Position numbers and translations under genes: made by a program. Of a stretch of 64,000 nucleotides of DNA, positions 1 to 9,579 are shown one piece after another (positions within the stretch are counted from its first letter, which is position 1; each line of letters starts with the position of its first letter). Source of the DNA: a virus (lineage: Duplodnaviria > Caudoviricetes). The stretch spans positions 64,001 to 128,000 of the IMG/VR virus record IMGVR_UViG_3300032332_001787. One strand, given 5' to 3'. The notes under the pieces are model-generated. The model did not search any database and had not been told where the DNA came from. It saw only the letters and a program-made list of their open reading frames with translations.

Positions 1-11
1 TTGATGGAACT

Positions 12-233
12 TTGAGTATGAAAGTGGGAAGTAATATTCCTTTTTATAGATTGGCTCGTTCTATTGACAAAGATAAGGGGCCAGATGTTTGGCATACTTC
101 TTGCAATGACAATATTAATGGCAAGATTACTAATACCCTTATTTGGTGGGGCAAAGAGGACGAGCCTGAGTTATTCTATCGTAATAAAGATGGTAAGCTG
201 TTTACTGTAAATTTTGAACCTTTTGAGGCATAG
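12..233 (+). CDS. hypothetical protein
   Basis: ORF in + strand gene run. Confidence 0.6.
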   Translation: MSMKVGSNIPFYRLARSIDKDKGPDVWHTSCNDNINGKITNTLIWWGKEDEPELFYRNKDGKLFTVNFEPFEA

Positions 234-236
234 TTC

Positions 237-626
237 GTGACTGGTTTAAATATTCAAGCCCCGTGGTCTACCCTTTTAATTAATGGTCAGAAAACGGTCG
301 AAACCCGCTCCTATCGACTCCCACAAAGACTAGAGGGAGTTGAGTTGGCACTTATTGAAACTCCGGGGAAATCGGCTAAGTTTAAAAGTAGAATTATTGG
401 AACAATTACTTTTAGTAGTTGTTTTCAATATCAGAATAAAGGTCACTGGGCTTTTGATTACGAAAGACATTGTGTTCATATTACTAATGAGTATGGTTGG
501 AAAGATGATAAGCCTAAGTTTGGATGGGTTGTAAAATCTGTCAATAAATTTGAAAATCCAGTTGACCCTCCAGCTAAACGTGGTATAATTTATGCTAAAG
601 ACTGCCTTTTGGAGAAATTTATATGA
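237..626 (+). CDS. ASCH/PUA-like domain protein
   Basis: GLNIQAPWSTLLINGQKTVETRS N-terminal ASCH motif. Confidence 0.75.
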   Translation: MTGLNIQAPWSTLLINGQKTVETRSYRLPQRLEGVELALIETPGKSAKFKSRIIGTITFSSCFQYQNKGHWAFDYERHCVHITNEYGWKDDKPKFGWVVKSVNKFENPVDPPAKRGIIYAKDCLLEKFI

Positions 627-832
627 GATGGGTTTTTATTGTTGCTAGAAATTCTACGATTGAAAAAGTTAAAGTCTTTGATGATTATTTTCAGGGAGAG
701 ATTCACGCTAATGAATATCTTAGGATAGGATTTGGGGTCAATGAAGTTGATTTTCCAGAATATCGTAAGGGAGAGTATTATCAAAGTGCTGATTCTGGAG
801 TGAGCGTTGGTCTTTATAAGGATAATACCTAA
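623..832 (+). CDS. hypothetical protein
   Basis: ORF, ATGA overlap with previous gene. Confidence 0.65.
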   Translation: MRWVFIVARNSTIEKVKVFDDYFQGEIHANEYLRIGFGVNEVDFPEYRKGEYYQSADSGVSVGLYKDNT

Positions 833-841
833 AAATTCAAG

Positions 842-869
842 TTGACCGCTGAGTATGACGATGTATAAT
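842..869 (+). promoter_or_regulatory. sigma70-type promoter
   Basis: TTGACC-N16-TATAAT, spacer contains GACGAT. Confidence 0.7.
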
Positions 870-918
870 TCAAGAGTATCGAAAGGTTATTTTAACAAAC
901 ACAAACCGGAGTTTTATT

Positions 919-1089
919 ATGAGCGTTTTTAAGATTAGTGTTTTGGTTGCTGCTTTTTTGAGCTTTGCTCTTAGTGTTGGTCTTTGGTTTAGCGGTATGC
1001 CAGAGGCTAAAGATAGTGGACTTTTTGTAGGTTTGTGGGTTCCTAGTATTCTTAGTCTTGGTAATCTATTCTCTTATAAGGGAGATTAA
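919..1089 (+). CDS. small two-TM membrane protein (56 aa, not in ORF track)
   Basis: MSVFKISVLVAAFLSFALSVGLWF...GLFVGLWVPSILSLGN; GGAG RBS. Confidence 0.7.
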   Translation: MSVFKISVLVAAFLSFALSVGLWFSGMPEAKDSGLFVGLWVPSILSLGNLFSYKGD

Positions 1090-1091
1090 TC

Positions 1092-1301
1092 ATGGAAATG
1101 TTTATTTTTTTTGCAGGTCTAATAATTACTCTGATTGTTAGCTCTGGTTTGGCTATTAGTATTTTGTTTTTGGGTGACATGAATCCAGACTCTAAAAGAA
1201 ATCGTAGAGTTAACTATACATTGTCTGATTTGAAAGATAATGAAAATCTGAAAAAACTCATAGCAGAAGTAAAGGACTATAAAGAAAAAGTTCTTAGCTG
1301 A
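1092..1301 (+). CDS. small membrane protein
   Basis: N-terminal hydrophobic helix; GGAG RBS. Confidence 0.65.
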   Translation: MEMFIFFAGLIITLIVSSGLAISILFLGDMNPDSKRNRRVNYTLSDLKDNENLKKLIAEVKDYKEKVLS

Positions 1302-1318
1302 TTTTGTAAAGTTGGTTG

Positions 1319-1346
1319 TTGACAAACGCCGATAACACAGTATACT
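1319..1346 (+). promoter_or_regulatory. sigma70-type promoter
   Basis: TTGACA-N16-TATACT, spacer contains GCCGATA. Confidence 0.75.
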
Positions 1347-1369
1347 TGGGTATCCTTTGGAGAAAGTTT

Positions 1370-1534
1370 ATGAGTCCAACAGTTCAACAAAAAGTTCAAG
1401 ATTTGATTGATAAGTATTTCATTGGTGAGAATAATTACTATCTGCTTATCAAACAAGATCACCTAAACAAATTCTTGTCGGAATACAACAAGATTATTAT
1501 TACTCGTACCGTAGAAGTTTGTGGCCTACATTAA
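1370..1534 (+). CDS. hypothetical protein
   Basis: ATG at 1370 after GGAG. Confidence 0.55.
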   Translation: MSPTVQQKVQDLIDKYFIGENNYYLLIKQDHLNKFLSEYNKIIITRTVEVCGLH

Positions 1535-1550
1535 TAAATTGGAGAAAAAC

Positions 1551-1862
1551 ATGACAATTCAACAGCTTCGCAATAGTGGATATAAGGTTAGAGTTCTTCA
1601 CAATCGGCTTTACAATGGCTATTATAAGTGGCAAGTGGGCAGCAAGTCTAGTGGTGAACAGGGCTATGGGCCTATTGATCCAGACACTAAAGGTGGGTCA
1701 ACTCAAATTATAATTGATGGCCCATCTGGCGATCACTATGATGGACTCGCTATTTGCAGCAAGAAAGAAAACTACAATAAGAAACTGGGGGTTAGAATTG
1801 CTCTTGGACGATGCAATATTGACAAAACTTTTTATGTTAGAGCAGAGGCAACAAATGAGTAA
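1551..1862 (+). CDS. hypothetical phage protein
   Basis: ATG after GGAG; YNKKLGVRIALGR motif. Confidence 0.7.
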   Translation: MTIQQLRNSGYKVRVLHNRLYNGYYKWQVGSKSSGEQGYGPIDPDTKGGSTQIIIDGPSGDHYDGLAICSKKENYNKKLGVRIALGRCNIDKTFYVRAEATNE

Positions 1863-2016
1863 TGAAGAAAAGATGGAAGAGATTAGGCGGCTATGCTTGG
1901 GTATTATGCAGGTTTGGAGCCAAAAATCTACTTATAATGATCCTTATGAGGATGGACGAATTGTGGGCCGCTCAACATTAGCAGAAACTATTCTGGAGAT
2001 TATTAATCATGGCTAA
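1855..2016 (+). CDS. hypothetical protein, paralog of 3674-3856
   Basis: shared Y-x-DGRIVG-x-x-x-LA-x-x-IL motif. Confidence 0.6.
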   Translation: MSNEEKMEEIRRLCLGIMQVWSQKSTYNDPYEDGRIVGRSTLAETILEIINHG

Positions 2017-2266
2017 GAGTTTTGAAGATTTATTGAAGAAAACTTGTTCCAAAGATGTTATTATTGCAGGGTATAAGAAAACTATGGATTACTGGGCAGA
2101 ATATATTGGTATGCCTGATCTATTTAAAAGTAGTGATATAGTTCTTCCTGCTGGTTTTAGTCCTAAGAAACTTTCAAAGATTTTCAAACCATACTCTATC
2201 ACAACTAAAACGGTTAGTTATTATAGTCCACCTAAGAGGCGTGACGTTTCACGACGTTGGAAATGA
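2009..2266 (+). CDS. hypothetical protein
   Basis: ORF overlapping neighbours. Confidence 0.6.
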   Translation: MAKSFEDLLKKTCSKDVIIAGYKKTMDYWAEYIGMPDLFKSSDIVLPAGFSPKKLSKIFKPYSITTKTVSYYSPPKRRDVSRRWK

Positions 2267-2538
2267 GAACATTTAAAGAAGAAGTAAGAAAAGTCCTTGA
2301 CGATGTAAGCTGTGATATTTGTGGAAAGAGTACCACTAACTATCCAGATGTTGGGCCAGATTATGCTACCCTAGAATCCTATTGGGGATATGGCTCAAGT
2401 AATGATGGTTCAAAATATGAGATTCATATATGCGAGTTTTGTTTTGATGAAACTCTAGAATTTCTCAAACAAAAAAGAAAGAGTGTTTTGGGGCCGTTTA
2501 GCTACCCTTTTAAGCCAGACCCTTTGGATGGAGTATGA
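2263..2538 (+). CDS. hypothetical zinc-ribbon protein
   Basis: CDICG ... ICEFC pairs. Confidence 0.7.
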   Translation: MRTFKEEVRKVLDDVSCDICGKSTTNYPDVGPDYATLESYWGYGSSNDGSKYEIHICEFCFDETLEFLKQKRKSVLGPFSYPFKPDPLDGV

Positions 2539-3146
2539 AAAACTCAATAACCCTAATTGGCGATGTTCATGGCAAGTATAAGCGTTACCATGAAATTATC
2601 AGAGAAACAGATCGTCATCCTTATACCATTCAACTAGGTGATTTTGGTTTTGATTATGGTACAGTGTTTAATGTAGATGATGAGAAACACAAGATCATAG
2701 GAGGCAATCATGACCATTATGATAGGATTATTCATATTCCTCATTACTTGGGAGATTATGGTTTCACCACATTAAATGGAATATCATTCTTTTTTTATCG
2801 TGGAGCCTATAGTATTGATCGTCAAGATCGAACTATTGGAATAAATTGGTGGGAGCAAGAACAGGTTACTATAGACCAGTTCATGAAAGCAAGAGAACTT
2901 TATAGAGAAATTAAGCCCGACATTGTTTTAACTCATGATTGTCCAGATGAGGTTAGTCTAAAAATATTGGATCGTAACCAAAGAAAATATGAGAACCTAA
3001 CAGGATGGGCTTTGCAAGAGCTATTTAATATTCATCAACCTAAGAAGTGGCGATTTGCCCACTACCATAAGAGTTGGAATATGAATATAAGTGGCACAGA
3101 CTTTAGATGTTTAAATGAATTGGAAACTGAACTATTGACAGTCTAG
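2535..3146 (+). CDS. calcineurin-like metallophosphoesterase
   Basis: GDVHG, GDFG, GNHD, THDCP, AHYH motifs. Confidence 0.9.
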   Translation: MKNSITLIGDVHGKYKRYHEIIRETDRHPYTIQLGDFGFDYGTVFNVDDEKHKIIGGNHDHYDRIIHIPHYLGDYGFTTLNGISFFFYRGAYSIDRQDRTIGINWWEQEQVTIDQFMKARELYREIKPDIVLTHDCPDEVSLKILDRNQRKYENLTGWALQELFNIHQPKKWRFAHYHKSWNMNISGTDFRCLNELETELLTV

Positions 3147-3162
3147 TATCGGGTAGTATAAT
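3135..3162 (+). promoter_or_regulatory. sigma70-type promoter
   Basis: TTGACA-N16-TATAAT, spacer contains ATCGG (reverse of CCGAT). Confidence 0.75.
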
Positions 3163-3167
3163 TAAGA

Positions 3168-3259
3168 TGTTGATGCCGAAAGGTTGGGGTCGCGGGTATC
3201 CTCACAATCAACAGCCGTAGGTTTTGTTTGCAGAAAAGTTTTCGTAAATGACCAAAACC
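3168..3259 (+). ncRNA. candidate structured RNA / leader
   Basis: TGTTGAT/ATCAACA three-way junction with GCC-GAAA-GGT hairpin, then GGTTTTG/CAAAACC stem; starts at promoter +1. Confidence 0.45.
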
Positions 3260-3288
3260 AATTCTGTCTTAATATAAAGGGTTAGATC

Positions 3289-3525
3289 ATGTGGAATCAT
3301 AGAATAATTAGACATATCGAACATAGAACTCATATGGATGATAGTATTTATTATGCTATTCATGAAGTTTATTACGATGAAAATGGAAAAGTAAAAGGCT
3401 GGACAGAAGAACCTATTAGAATCTTGGAAGAAAGCTTAGAAGATCTGAAAGTTACCCTACAAAGACTAATAGAATCTTTTGATAATCCTGTTCTTGATGA
3501 GGAAACCAAGGAGGCTATTCTGTGA
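3289..3525 (+). CDS. conserved phage hypothetical protein
   Basis: MWNHRII...YAIHEVYYDENG motif. Confidence 0.7.
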   Translation: MWNHRIIRHIEHRTHMDDSIYYAIHEVYYDENGKVKGWTEEPIRILEESLEDLKVTLQRLIESFDNPVLDEETKEAIL

Positions 3526-3673
3526 CAGAAAATGAAAAGTTTGTCATATTCTGGCTATACAATACAGTTGCTAAAAGGATGCCAGATAATCCTTATGGTT
3601 CAAACGATATTTTAGTCAATGGTATTAACGTAACAGAAACCGTTAGAAAACTATTACAAGATAGACTATTTGT

Positions 3674-3856
3674 ATGAACGAAATAGAAAAAGCTAACATA
3701 CTTGAAATAATGAAATTGTGCAATCGAAAGATTCAAGATCAAAAAGACCATGAATCTACTACCGGATATGGTGAAGATTATAATGATGGTAGGATTGTTG
3801 GCGGTGCTGCATTAGCACGAAAAATACTAAATATACTAAAATACATTGAGCTTTAA
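3674..3856 (+). CDS. hypothetical protein, paralog of 1855-2016
   Basis: DYNDGRIVGGAALARKIL. Confidence 0.6.
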   Translation: MNEIEKANILEIMKLCNRKIQDQKDHESTTGYGEDYNDGRIVGGAALARKILNILKYIEL

Positions 3857-3978
3857 TCATGAATACATTACCAGATAGCAAAATTCCTTGGTGGGATAAT
3901 CACTATGAAGATGTTTATAGTGAAGAAGTAGAAGATGGTTATCCTTATGATGTGGGAACTAAAGTACAGGAATAAATT

Positions 3979-4761
3979 ATGTGGTTCAGACCAAGATCAA
4001 GAATTCATCATTGGAATTGTTCTAGGTTCGCGGATTTTGTTCGCGGAGAAAAGAAACCGTTTGCTTTAGAGTGGGGCAAATGGGATGAGTGGAAAAAAGA
4101 ACAAAGAAAGAAAAGACCAATTCGATTCTGGTTATCTGAAGAAGTATTACCTAAACTACAGGATTTGATCTTGTTTCCTGTGGACGTTTACACTGAGATT
4201 AGGTATTATATTAATAATCGTTGGATAACCAAAACACACTATCTAAAAACTGGATTAGAGCCAGGACATTACTATGAGCTTGATTACAGAATTCTTCATG
4301 GTTTGTTTAATGAGCTTGTGGATTTTGTAGAGATTGAATATGCTCATCTAGCAAAATGGTCTCTTAAAAAGGGTGCTAAAAACTACAAGTTTAAGAATGG
4401 ACGATCCGTTGAAGCAGGATTAGCTTATCTAAAATGGGCTTGCTCTTTAAAGTATACCAAAGATTGGGGTATAGACAAAAAAGACCCAAAGTATGGAAAG
4501 CCAACCCATCAAGCCGTTTCTGCACAAAAGATCAAAGAACTTTATCTCTGGTGGAAAGATCGTCCGAACAGACCAGAACCTATGGACGTTGCCAAATTAT
4601 CTTGGAATCAAGATAAAGAGAATAATTTGATGGACGGTAAGATAACAAGAAAAGAATTATCTCAATTCAAAAAACTTGAAAAGATTGAAATAGACTACGA
4701 AAAAGAAGATACCAAAATGCTTATTGAACTAATTAAAATCCGCAAGGAGTTATGGTCATGA
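3979..4761 (+). CDS. hypothetical Trp-rich phage protein
   Basis: 260-aa ORF. Confidence 0.8.
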   Translation: MWFRPRSRIHHWNCSRFADFVRGEKKPFALEWGKWDEWKKEQRKKRPIRFWLSEEVLPKLQDLILFPVDVYTEIRYYINNRWITKTHYLKTGLEPGHYYELDYRILHGLFNELVDFVEIEYAHLAKWSLKKGAKNYKFKNGRSVEAGLAYLKWACSLKYTKDWGIDKKDPKYGKPTHQAVSAQKIKELYLWWKDRPNRPEPMDVAKLSWNQDKENNLMDGKITRKELSQFKKLEKIEIDYEKEDTKMLIELIKIRKELWS

Positions 4762-5105
4762 GAAAAGTTAATCTAGAACACGATCTTATCAAATCGGATT
4801 ATATTACAAATAAATGTGCCAACAGTGAATCTTACAGCCAAAATCTTTATGCTGCTATGTGTAACAACTTATTCTATAAAGATGATGAAGAGTGGAGTTG
4901 TTCTTGGAGATATGCTGGGGGTGTTGTGGCAGACATTAGGACTGTTGGAGAAAGCTATCTTGACTTTTATTGCAGCGGAATAGGTAGCGGTCGTGAGGGA
5001 TATGTAGGCGAGAGTTTTGTTACTGATGAAATTCGATCAGACTTACTACAACTAGGATGGACTATCAAAGAATATCCTCAGAGCGAACAAGTTGATGCTA
5101 TCTAG
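4758..5105 (+). CDS. conserved phage hypothetical protein
   Basis: SQNLYAAMCNN...WSCSWRYAGG motif. Confidence 0.75.
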   Translation: MRKVNLEHDLIKSDYITNKCANSESYSQNLYAAMCNNLFYKDDEEWSCSWRYAGGVVADIRTVGESYLDFYCSGIGSGREGYVGESFVTDEIRSDLLQLGWTIKEYPQSEQVDAI

Positions 5106-5157
5106 GGAGTTCCTATTAAAAAGAGGGTACTGCTATCACCTTGGTTGTTTTAACTGT

Positions 5158-5180
5158 CCCTATGGTGACGATCCATAGGG
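5158..5180 (+). terminator. hairpin (possible terminator) abutting promoter
   Basis: CCCTATGG-TGACGAT-CCATAGGG perfect 8-bp stem; no U-tract. Confidence 0.4.
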
Positions 5181-5181
5181 C

Positions 5182-5210
5182 TTGACAAAGGAACCAAAGG
5201 ACGTTAAACT
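5182..5210 (+). promoter_or_regulatory. sigma70-type promoter
   Basis: TTGACA-N17-TAAACT. Confidence 0.65.
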
Positions 5211-5249
5211 AGAACCTAACGACGAATCATCCACTAAAAAGGAAAAGCA

Positions 5250-5465
5250 ATGAACGAGTCAGTAAATCAAGCTATTTGTGATTTCTACAATAGCGTTTGG
5301 AATTATATGAAAGCTGAATATAAACCAAAGTGGGCTAGGCTTTATAATGCTGAAAAAACTTTGGATGAAATGATTCAAATTACTGGGCAGTATTATCTTG
5401 GTGGAAATAATGTTGTAGATACTGCTGGAGACATTGTTAGGCTTCTCAAAAAGAAACATCAATGA
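5250..5465 (+). CDS. hypothetical protein
   Basis: ORF with RBS. Confidence 0.65.
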   Translation: MNESVNQAICDFYNSVWNYMKAEYKPKWARLYNAEKTLDEMIQITGQYYLGGNNVVDTAGDIVRLLKKKHQ

Positions 5466-5674
5466 GCTATTCTGAATTTAAAAACAAAGTTGATCATTAT
5501 TATAAACAATATGGTCTGAGATATGGTCAAACAGTTATGAATACTTTGTCAGAAGTTTGGCCTGATAAGCACAAAAAATTAATCTCAACAGATTTAGATT
5601 GTTTTTACAACGACAAAAGAGTAGAGACAACACTAAGCTACCTAGAAAAAGCATGGAACCATGAACCAAGTTGA
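5462..5674 (+). CDS. hypothetical phage protein
   Basis: LRYGQTVMN motif; ATGA overlap. Confidence 0.7.
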   Translation: MSYSEFKNKVDHYYKQYGLRYGQTVMNTLSEVWPDKHKKLISTDLDCFYNDKRVETTLSYLEKAWNHEPS

Positions 5675-5897
5675 TAAATCTAATCCTTTCTTTGATATTG
5701 ATACCTATATTAATAGCTTAGAAAAAACTATTGAACAACAGAAATATACTATTGAGTCTCTTAAAAATGAGATTAGAACCCAAAGAAAAGAAATAGGTTC
5801 TTTGCGAGAAGAACGCAGACGATTATTAGATCAAGACAAGCCTCCGATGTTTGACCACAACCTATGGATAGAAAATGGAGATGATAATGAAAGATAA
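5661..5897 (+). CDS. coiled-coil hypothetical protein
   Basis: heptad-like charged sequence. Confidence 0.65.
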   Translation: MNQVDKSNPFFDIDTYINSLEKTIEQQKYTIESLKNEIRTQRKEIGSLREERRRLLDQDKPPMFDHNLWIENGDDNER

Positions 5898-6102
5898 GAC
5901 AGAAGTTTTTGCTATTGGTACTGATGTTAAGTTGGCTGAAGATGTTTTTGGCAAGGTAACAGGTATTAATATTCGTGGCAATAATTCAATCAGCTATGAA
6001 ATCGGTTGGTGGAATGGACGAAGCTATGATTGTAAGAATTTTGCTGACTATGAAATCGAAAGCACTCTTTCAACAACAAAGCAAAAAATTGGTTTTGTTT
6101 GA
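5875..6102 (+). CDS. hypothetical protein
   Basis: ORF. Confidence 0.65.
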   Translation: MEMIMKDKTEVFAIGTDVKLAEDVFGKVTGINIRGNNSISYEIGWWNGRSYDCKNFADYEIESTLSTTKQKIGFV

Positions 6103-6106
6103 AGTA

Positions 6107-6135
6107 TTGACAAGGACTGACCGATAAGATAGAAT
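6107..6135 (+). promoter_or_regulatory. sigma70-type promoter
   Basis: TTGACA-N17-TAGAAT, spacer contains CCGATA. Confidence 0.75.
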
Positions 6136-6145
6136 GAGAGAGCGA

Positions 6146-6235
6146 ATGGATTGGGATTTTACTTGGTTAATCGAACTAACTTTAGTAATTATTGTATTTT
6201 TTGTTTTTGGTTATTTTTTAGGAGTCTATTGGTGA
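6146..6235 (+). CDS. 29-aa single-TM peptide (not in ORF track)
   Basis: MDWDFTWLIELTLVIIVFFVFGYFLGVYW; GTGA overlap with next gene. Confidence 0.5.
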   Translation: MDWDFTWLIELTLVIIVFFVFGYFLGVYW

Positions 6236-6558
6236 ACTCTACAACTACTAATTTTCATGACCATATTCATATATGGCTGGATACTCTTGAGATAAAAGCC
6301 AAACAACAAACCTATGGGGATGAACAAACCGTTTATTATTTCTTCAAAGAAAACAAGAAATACTACAAGATTACTCAGGTTTGGGACGGCGTTGAAACTA
6401 TTCATGCTTTTGTAGATAAAATTAATGGAAACATTTATAAGCCATCAAGTTATAGCACTCCCTATAAAGATGCTAGATACAACTTATTCGATGACCATAA
6501 AAAACTAATTGATGAATGTGACTGGGCTGGACGTTATTTATACAAGAGGACGGGATGA
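6232..6558 (+). CDS. conserved phage hypothetical protein
   Basis: GTG start after GGAG; KYYKI...HAFVDK.NG.IYKP motif. Confidence 0.7.
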   Translation: MNSTTTNFHDHIHIWLDTLEIKAKQQTYGDEQTVYYFFKENKKYYKITQVWDGVETIHAFVDKINGNIYKPSSYSTPYKDARYNLFDDHKKLIDECDWAGRYLYKRTG

Positions 6559-6755
6559 CTAATAAAGATCAAATTAAGAAAGCCCTAGAAACAATAGGAA
6601 CAGAAAAAGCACTACAGTGTTTAATTGAAAGTATTGACGAAAGTACAGACTGGAGTAATGCTCCTATCTGGAAATTTAAACTTATTGAAAATTTAGAAGA
6701 TGCTTATAACTCATACATGGATCAATTTAGTAAGGAGATAACTAATGCGTCTTGA
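6555..6755 (+). CDS. hypothetical protein
   Basis: ORF, ATGA overlap. Confidence 0.65.
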   Translation: MTNKDQIKKALETIGTEKALQCLIESIDESTDWSNAPIWKFKLIENLEDAYNSYMDQFSKEITNAS

Positions 6756-7092
6756 TTTGGCTATGGGATTAAAGGTTGGAGACAAGATTGTTAATGTATT
6801 TATGGATGAGCTTGTTATATCAGCAATAGACCATAGTTATGATCCTAAACCACCAGTATTTATTGCAGTAGATACTATGCTACAAAAGCACTATTTGTGG
6901 TTTGATGATATTTATTATCCAGACTTGTCTGATATTTGTGACGAAGAAAAAAGTTTTGTTTTATGGGCCAAAGATAATAAACAATTTGTTGGAGAAAATT
7001 CTCGCCTATTCAAGACTGTTTATATGCAGGGATTCTCTATGGGCTTTGATCATAAAAGAAAATTATCCTATGAAGAGGCTATGCAAAAATGA
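6745..7092 (+). CDS. hypothetical protein
   Basis: ORF with GGAG RBS. Confidence 0.7.
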   Translation: MRLDLAMGLKVGDKIVNVFMDELVISAIDHSYDPKPPVFIAVDTMLQKHYLWFDDIYYPDLSDICDEEKSFVLWAKDNKQFVGENSRLFKTVYMQGFSMGFDHKRKLSYEEAMQK

Positions 7093-7340
7093 TGATCTCT
7101 GAAATCAAAAAGTGGGCCAAAACCCAAGGCTATGAAGTAATTAAAGATAAAGAAGATGGTCTTTATTATTGGGCTAAGTTAGATGCTGGGCCAGATGCTA
7201 GTGGAGTAGCAAAAAGCGTTAGTAAAGTAGCTACTGCTATTTTTAATCATATGACAGATGATAAGTGGGTTGAACATCAAACTAAGTTTAAAGAAGCAAA
7301 AGATGACGTTAAATTTACTGTGAGCGACTATGGCTCTTAA
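7089..7340 (+). CDS. hypothetical protein
   Basis: ORF, ATGA overlap. Confidence 0.65.
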   Translation: MMISEIKKWAKTQGYEVIKDKEDGLYYWAKLDAGPDASGVAKSVSKVATAIFNHMTDDKWVEHQTKFKEAKDDVKFTVSDYGS

Positions 7341-7824
7341 AAATCTATATATCGACAGAGAATGGGAAACTAAATGTATAGATAAAATATGTCAAGAAAT
7401 TTGTCAGAACAGTCTTATTAATCTAGCTAGTAAAACAGCAGTATTGCAGTTAAGTTATGAGTATTCTGGATTAATGGCTCAACTAATAGCTCATAAATTA
7501 TCTAATAAGGATGAACCACTAGACATAGAACCAGTTAATATTCCATACAAAGATGAATTTGAAGCAGTTATTCATCCAGATCAATTAGACCCATACTATT
7601 CATTAATTGTTGTAGATAGTGGATGTTTGAGTGGAAATAACTTTAGAAAAATAGAGAAAAAGCTTTTAGATTATGGTTATCCAAGATCGCAGTTATTTTT
7701 TACTTGCATAGCTTGTGATCTGAATAGCGTTTTTCGTCCAGATTTTTGTCCAATATATTTTGATGGAAATAATCAAATCTGTCACTTCTGGTGGGAGACA
7801 AGAACAGATAAGTTTAAAAGATGA
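7330..7824 (+). CDS. phosphoribosyltransferase-fold protein
   Basis: LIVVDSGCLSGNNF resembles the PRPP-binding loop (VDDxxxSGxT). Confidence 0.55.
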   Translation: MALKNLYIDREWETKCIDKICQEICQNSLINLASKTAVLQLSYEYSGLMAQLIAHKLSNKDEPLDIEPVNIPYKDEFEAVIHPDQLDPYYSLIVVDSGCLSGNNFRKIEKKLLDYGYPRSQLFFTCIACDLNSVFRPDFCPIYFDGNNQICHFWWETRTDKFKR

Positions 7825-8060
7825 AATACGTTAAATTTATATCTAAGTCAAATGAATGGTTTGATAATGGTACGGAGGTTTTTGATGCCACAATATGTGA
7901 TTGGGGTAGGACTCTAAAAAGAATGTCTATAGAAGATTATAAAAACACATGGATTAAAGCAGGTCATATACTTGGCAGAGGACTGAAAAATGGTTTTTGG
8001 GATGAAGAACTTTGTCCATTAGAAGAGTTTGAAATACTATATACAGAGGATCAAGTATGA
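7821..8060 (+). CDS. hypothetical protein
   Basis: ORF, ATGA overlap. Confidence 0.65.
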   Translation: MKYVKFISKSNEWFDNGTEVFDATICDWGRTLKRMSIEDYKNTWIKAGHILGRGLKNGFWDEELCPLEEFEILYTEDQV

Positions 8061-8704
8061 GTGTAAAATTAATTTCAGTGACTCCAGACGCAGAAAAACT
8101 TATGGCTTATTGTGCCAGAGTAAGTAATCCTAGTGGACAAGATCGTGATGATTATGCAAAACTCTTAGGTTATTGTATTAAAAATCAACATTGGAGTATA
8201 TTTGAACAAGCTTTCCTAACTGTAGAGATCAACACAACCAGAGGATTAGCTGCACAAATTTTACGACATAGAAGTTTTACTTTTCAAGAATTTAGTCAGA
8301 GATATGCGGATACTACTCTGTTAGCTGAAGATATTCCTTTGTTTGAACTTAGGAGACAAGATACTAAAAATAGACAAAATAGTATTGATAATATACCAGA
8401 CGAGATTAAAGTTAAGTGGAACAGTAAAATTCGTGAGCATTTTGCTAAAGCTAAAGCTATTTATGACGGTATGATAGCAGATGGTATTGCTAAAGAATGT
8501 GCTAGATTTGTGTTACCTCTATCCACCCCGACTAGGCTTTACATGAGCGGATCAGTACGCAGCTTTATACATTGGATTGAATTAAGAACTGGTCACGGCA
8601 CTCAAAAAGAACATATGATTATTGCTAATGAGGCTAAAAATATTTTTTCTGAACAATTTCCCACAGTATCAGAAGCACTAGGATGGAAGAATGAAAATGT
8701 ATAA
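8057..8704 (+). CDS. thyX: FAD-dependent thymidylate synthase
   Basis: HWSIFEQA, QILRHRSFTFQEFSQRY ThyX motif, AKECARFVLP. Confidence 0.97.
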   Translation: MSVKLISVTPDAEKLMAYCARVSNPSGQDRDDYAKLLGYCIKNQHWSIFEQAFLTVEINTTRGLAAQILRHRSFTFQEFSQRYADTTLLAEDIPLFELRRQDTKNRQNSIDNIPDEIKVKWNSKIREHFAKAKAIYDGMIADGIAKECARFVLPLSTPTRLYMSGSVRSFIHWIELRTGHGTQKEHMIIANEAKNIFSEQFPTVSEALGWKNENV

Positions 8705-8885
8705 CATAACAGCACAAGTTTATGATTTACACGATCATTCTAAACAGCATCTTTTAATTAATCAAGTTATGGATGCAGCATCAGAAGAGGATGCTATTTT
8801 TCAATTTAAAGATCAGAACCGTATTAAGTTTCAGGTAGTTAAAATACACTCTGTAGAGCAATTTGAATATGGAAACCAAATCTAA
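8691..8885 (+). CDS. hypothetical protein
   Basis: ORF. Confidence 0.6.
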   Translation: MKMYNITAQVYDLHDHSKQHLLINQVMDAASEEDAIFQFKDQNRIKFQVVKIHSVEQFEYGNQI

Positions 8886-9504
8886 TCTTACAATCAAGAT
8901 AGTTAGAGAATTACTAGATTATGAATTCTCTGTGCTGTTATACAATAAAGAACAATTGCCAGATGCTTGCGGGGGATGGTGTTCTATTGATGAAGATGGT
9001 AAAGAATTTGCTATCGCTATGAAACATCACATGAGTTTTGAGATTATTCTTCATGAATATTGTCATTTCTTACAATGGAGAGATGATCGTAAATTATGGA
9101 ATAGAAGTATGTTAACATATGATATTCTTTTTGACTGGATTAGTTATCCTTCATTAGTCTATAGTCCATTTCTTAAAGACTGCAAGATTACTTCAGAACA
9201 ATTAGATCAAAGTTTACATGATATCTTAGAGATAGAACACGATTGTGAAAGAAGAGTTCTTAAATTAGTTAAGAATTGTCCTATTGAAGATTTTGATACA
9301 GATAAATACATTCGTGCTGCTAATGCTTATTTGTGGAGCTATCATATTAATAGAGAATTAAGAATGAGACCCAAAACCCCAATATATTCACAAGAACTGT
9401 TAGAGCATATGCCTAATACTTTTAATAATGATCTGTCTTTTTATTTAGACAAGTATAATTTAACTGATCCTATTCGACAAGCATTGTTGGCTGAATACGA
9501 ATAG
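8863..9504 (+). CDS. putative zinc metallopeptidase-like protein
   Basis: ILHEYCHFLQ (HExxH) plus downstream IEHDCE. Confidence 0.6.
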   Translation: MNMETKSNLTIKIVRELLDYEFSVLLYNKEQLPDACGGWCSIDEDGKEFAIAMKHHMSFEIILHEYCHFLQWRDDRKLWNRSMLTYDILFDWISYPSLVYSPFLKDCKITSEQLDQSLHDILEIEHDCERRVLKLVKNCPIEDFDTDKYIRAANAYLWSYHINRELRMRPKTPIYSQELLEHMPNTFNNDLSFYLDKYNLTDPIRQALLAEYE

Positions 9505-9525
9505 CTCTGGCGTGAAAAATAAAGA

Positions 9526-9554
9526 TTGACACGCCGACTTGCCGATGATATAAT
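9526..9554 (+). promoter_or_regulatory. sigma70-type promoter
   Basis: TTGACA-N17-TATAAT, spacer contains GCCGAC and GCCGAT. Confidence 0.8.
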
Positions 9555-9579
9555 GTCGGCTCACACAAGGAGTATACGA

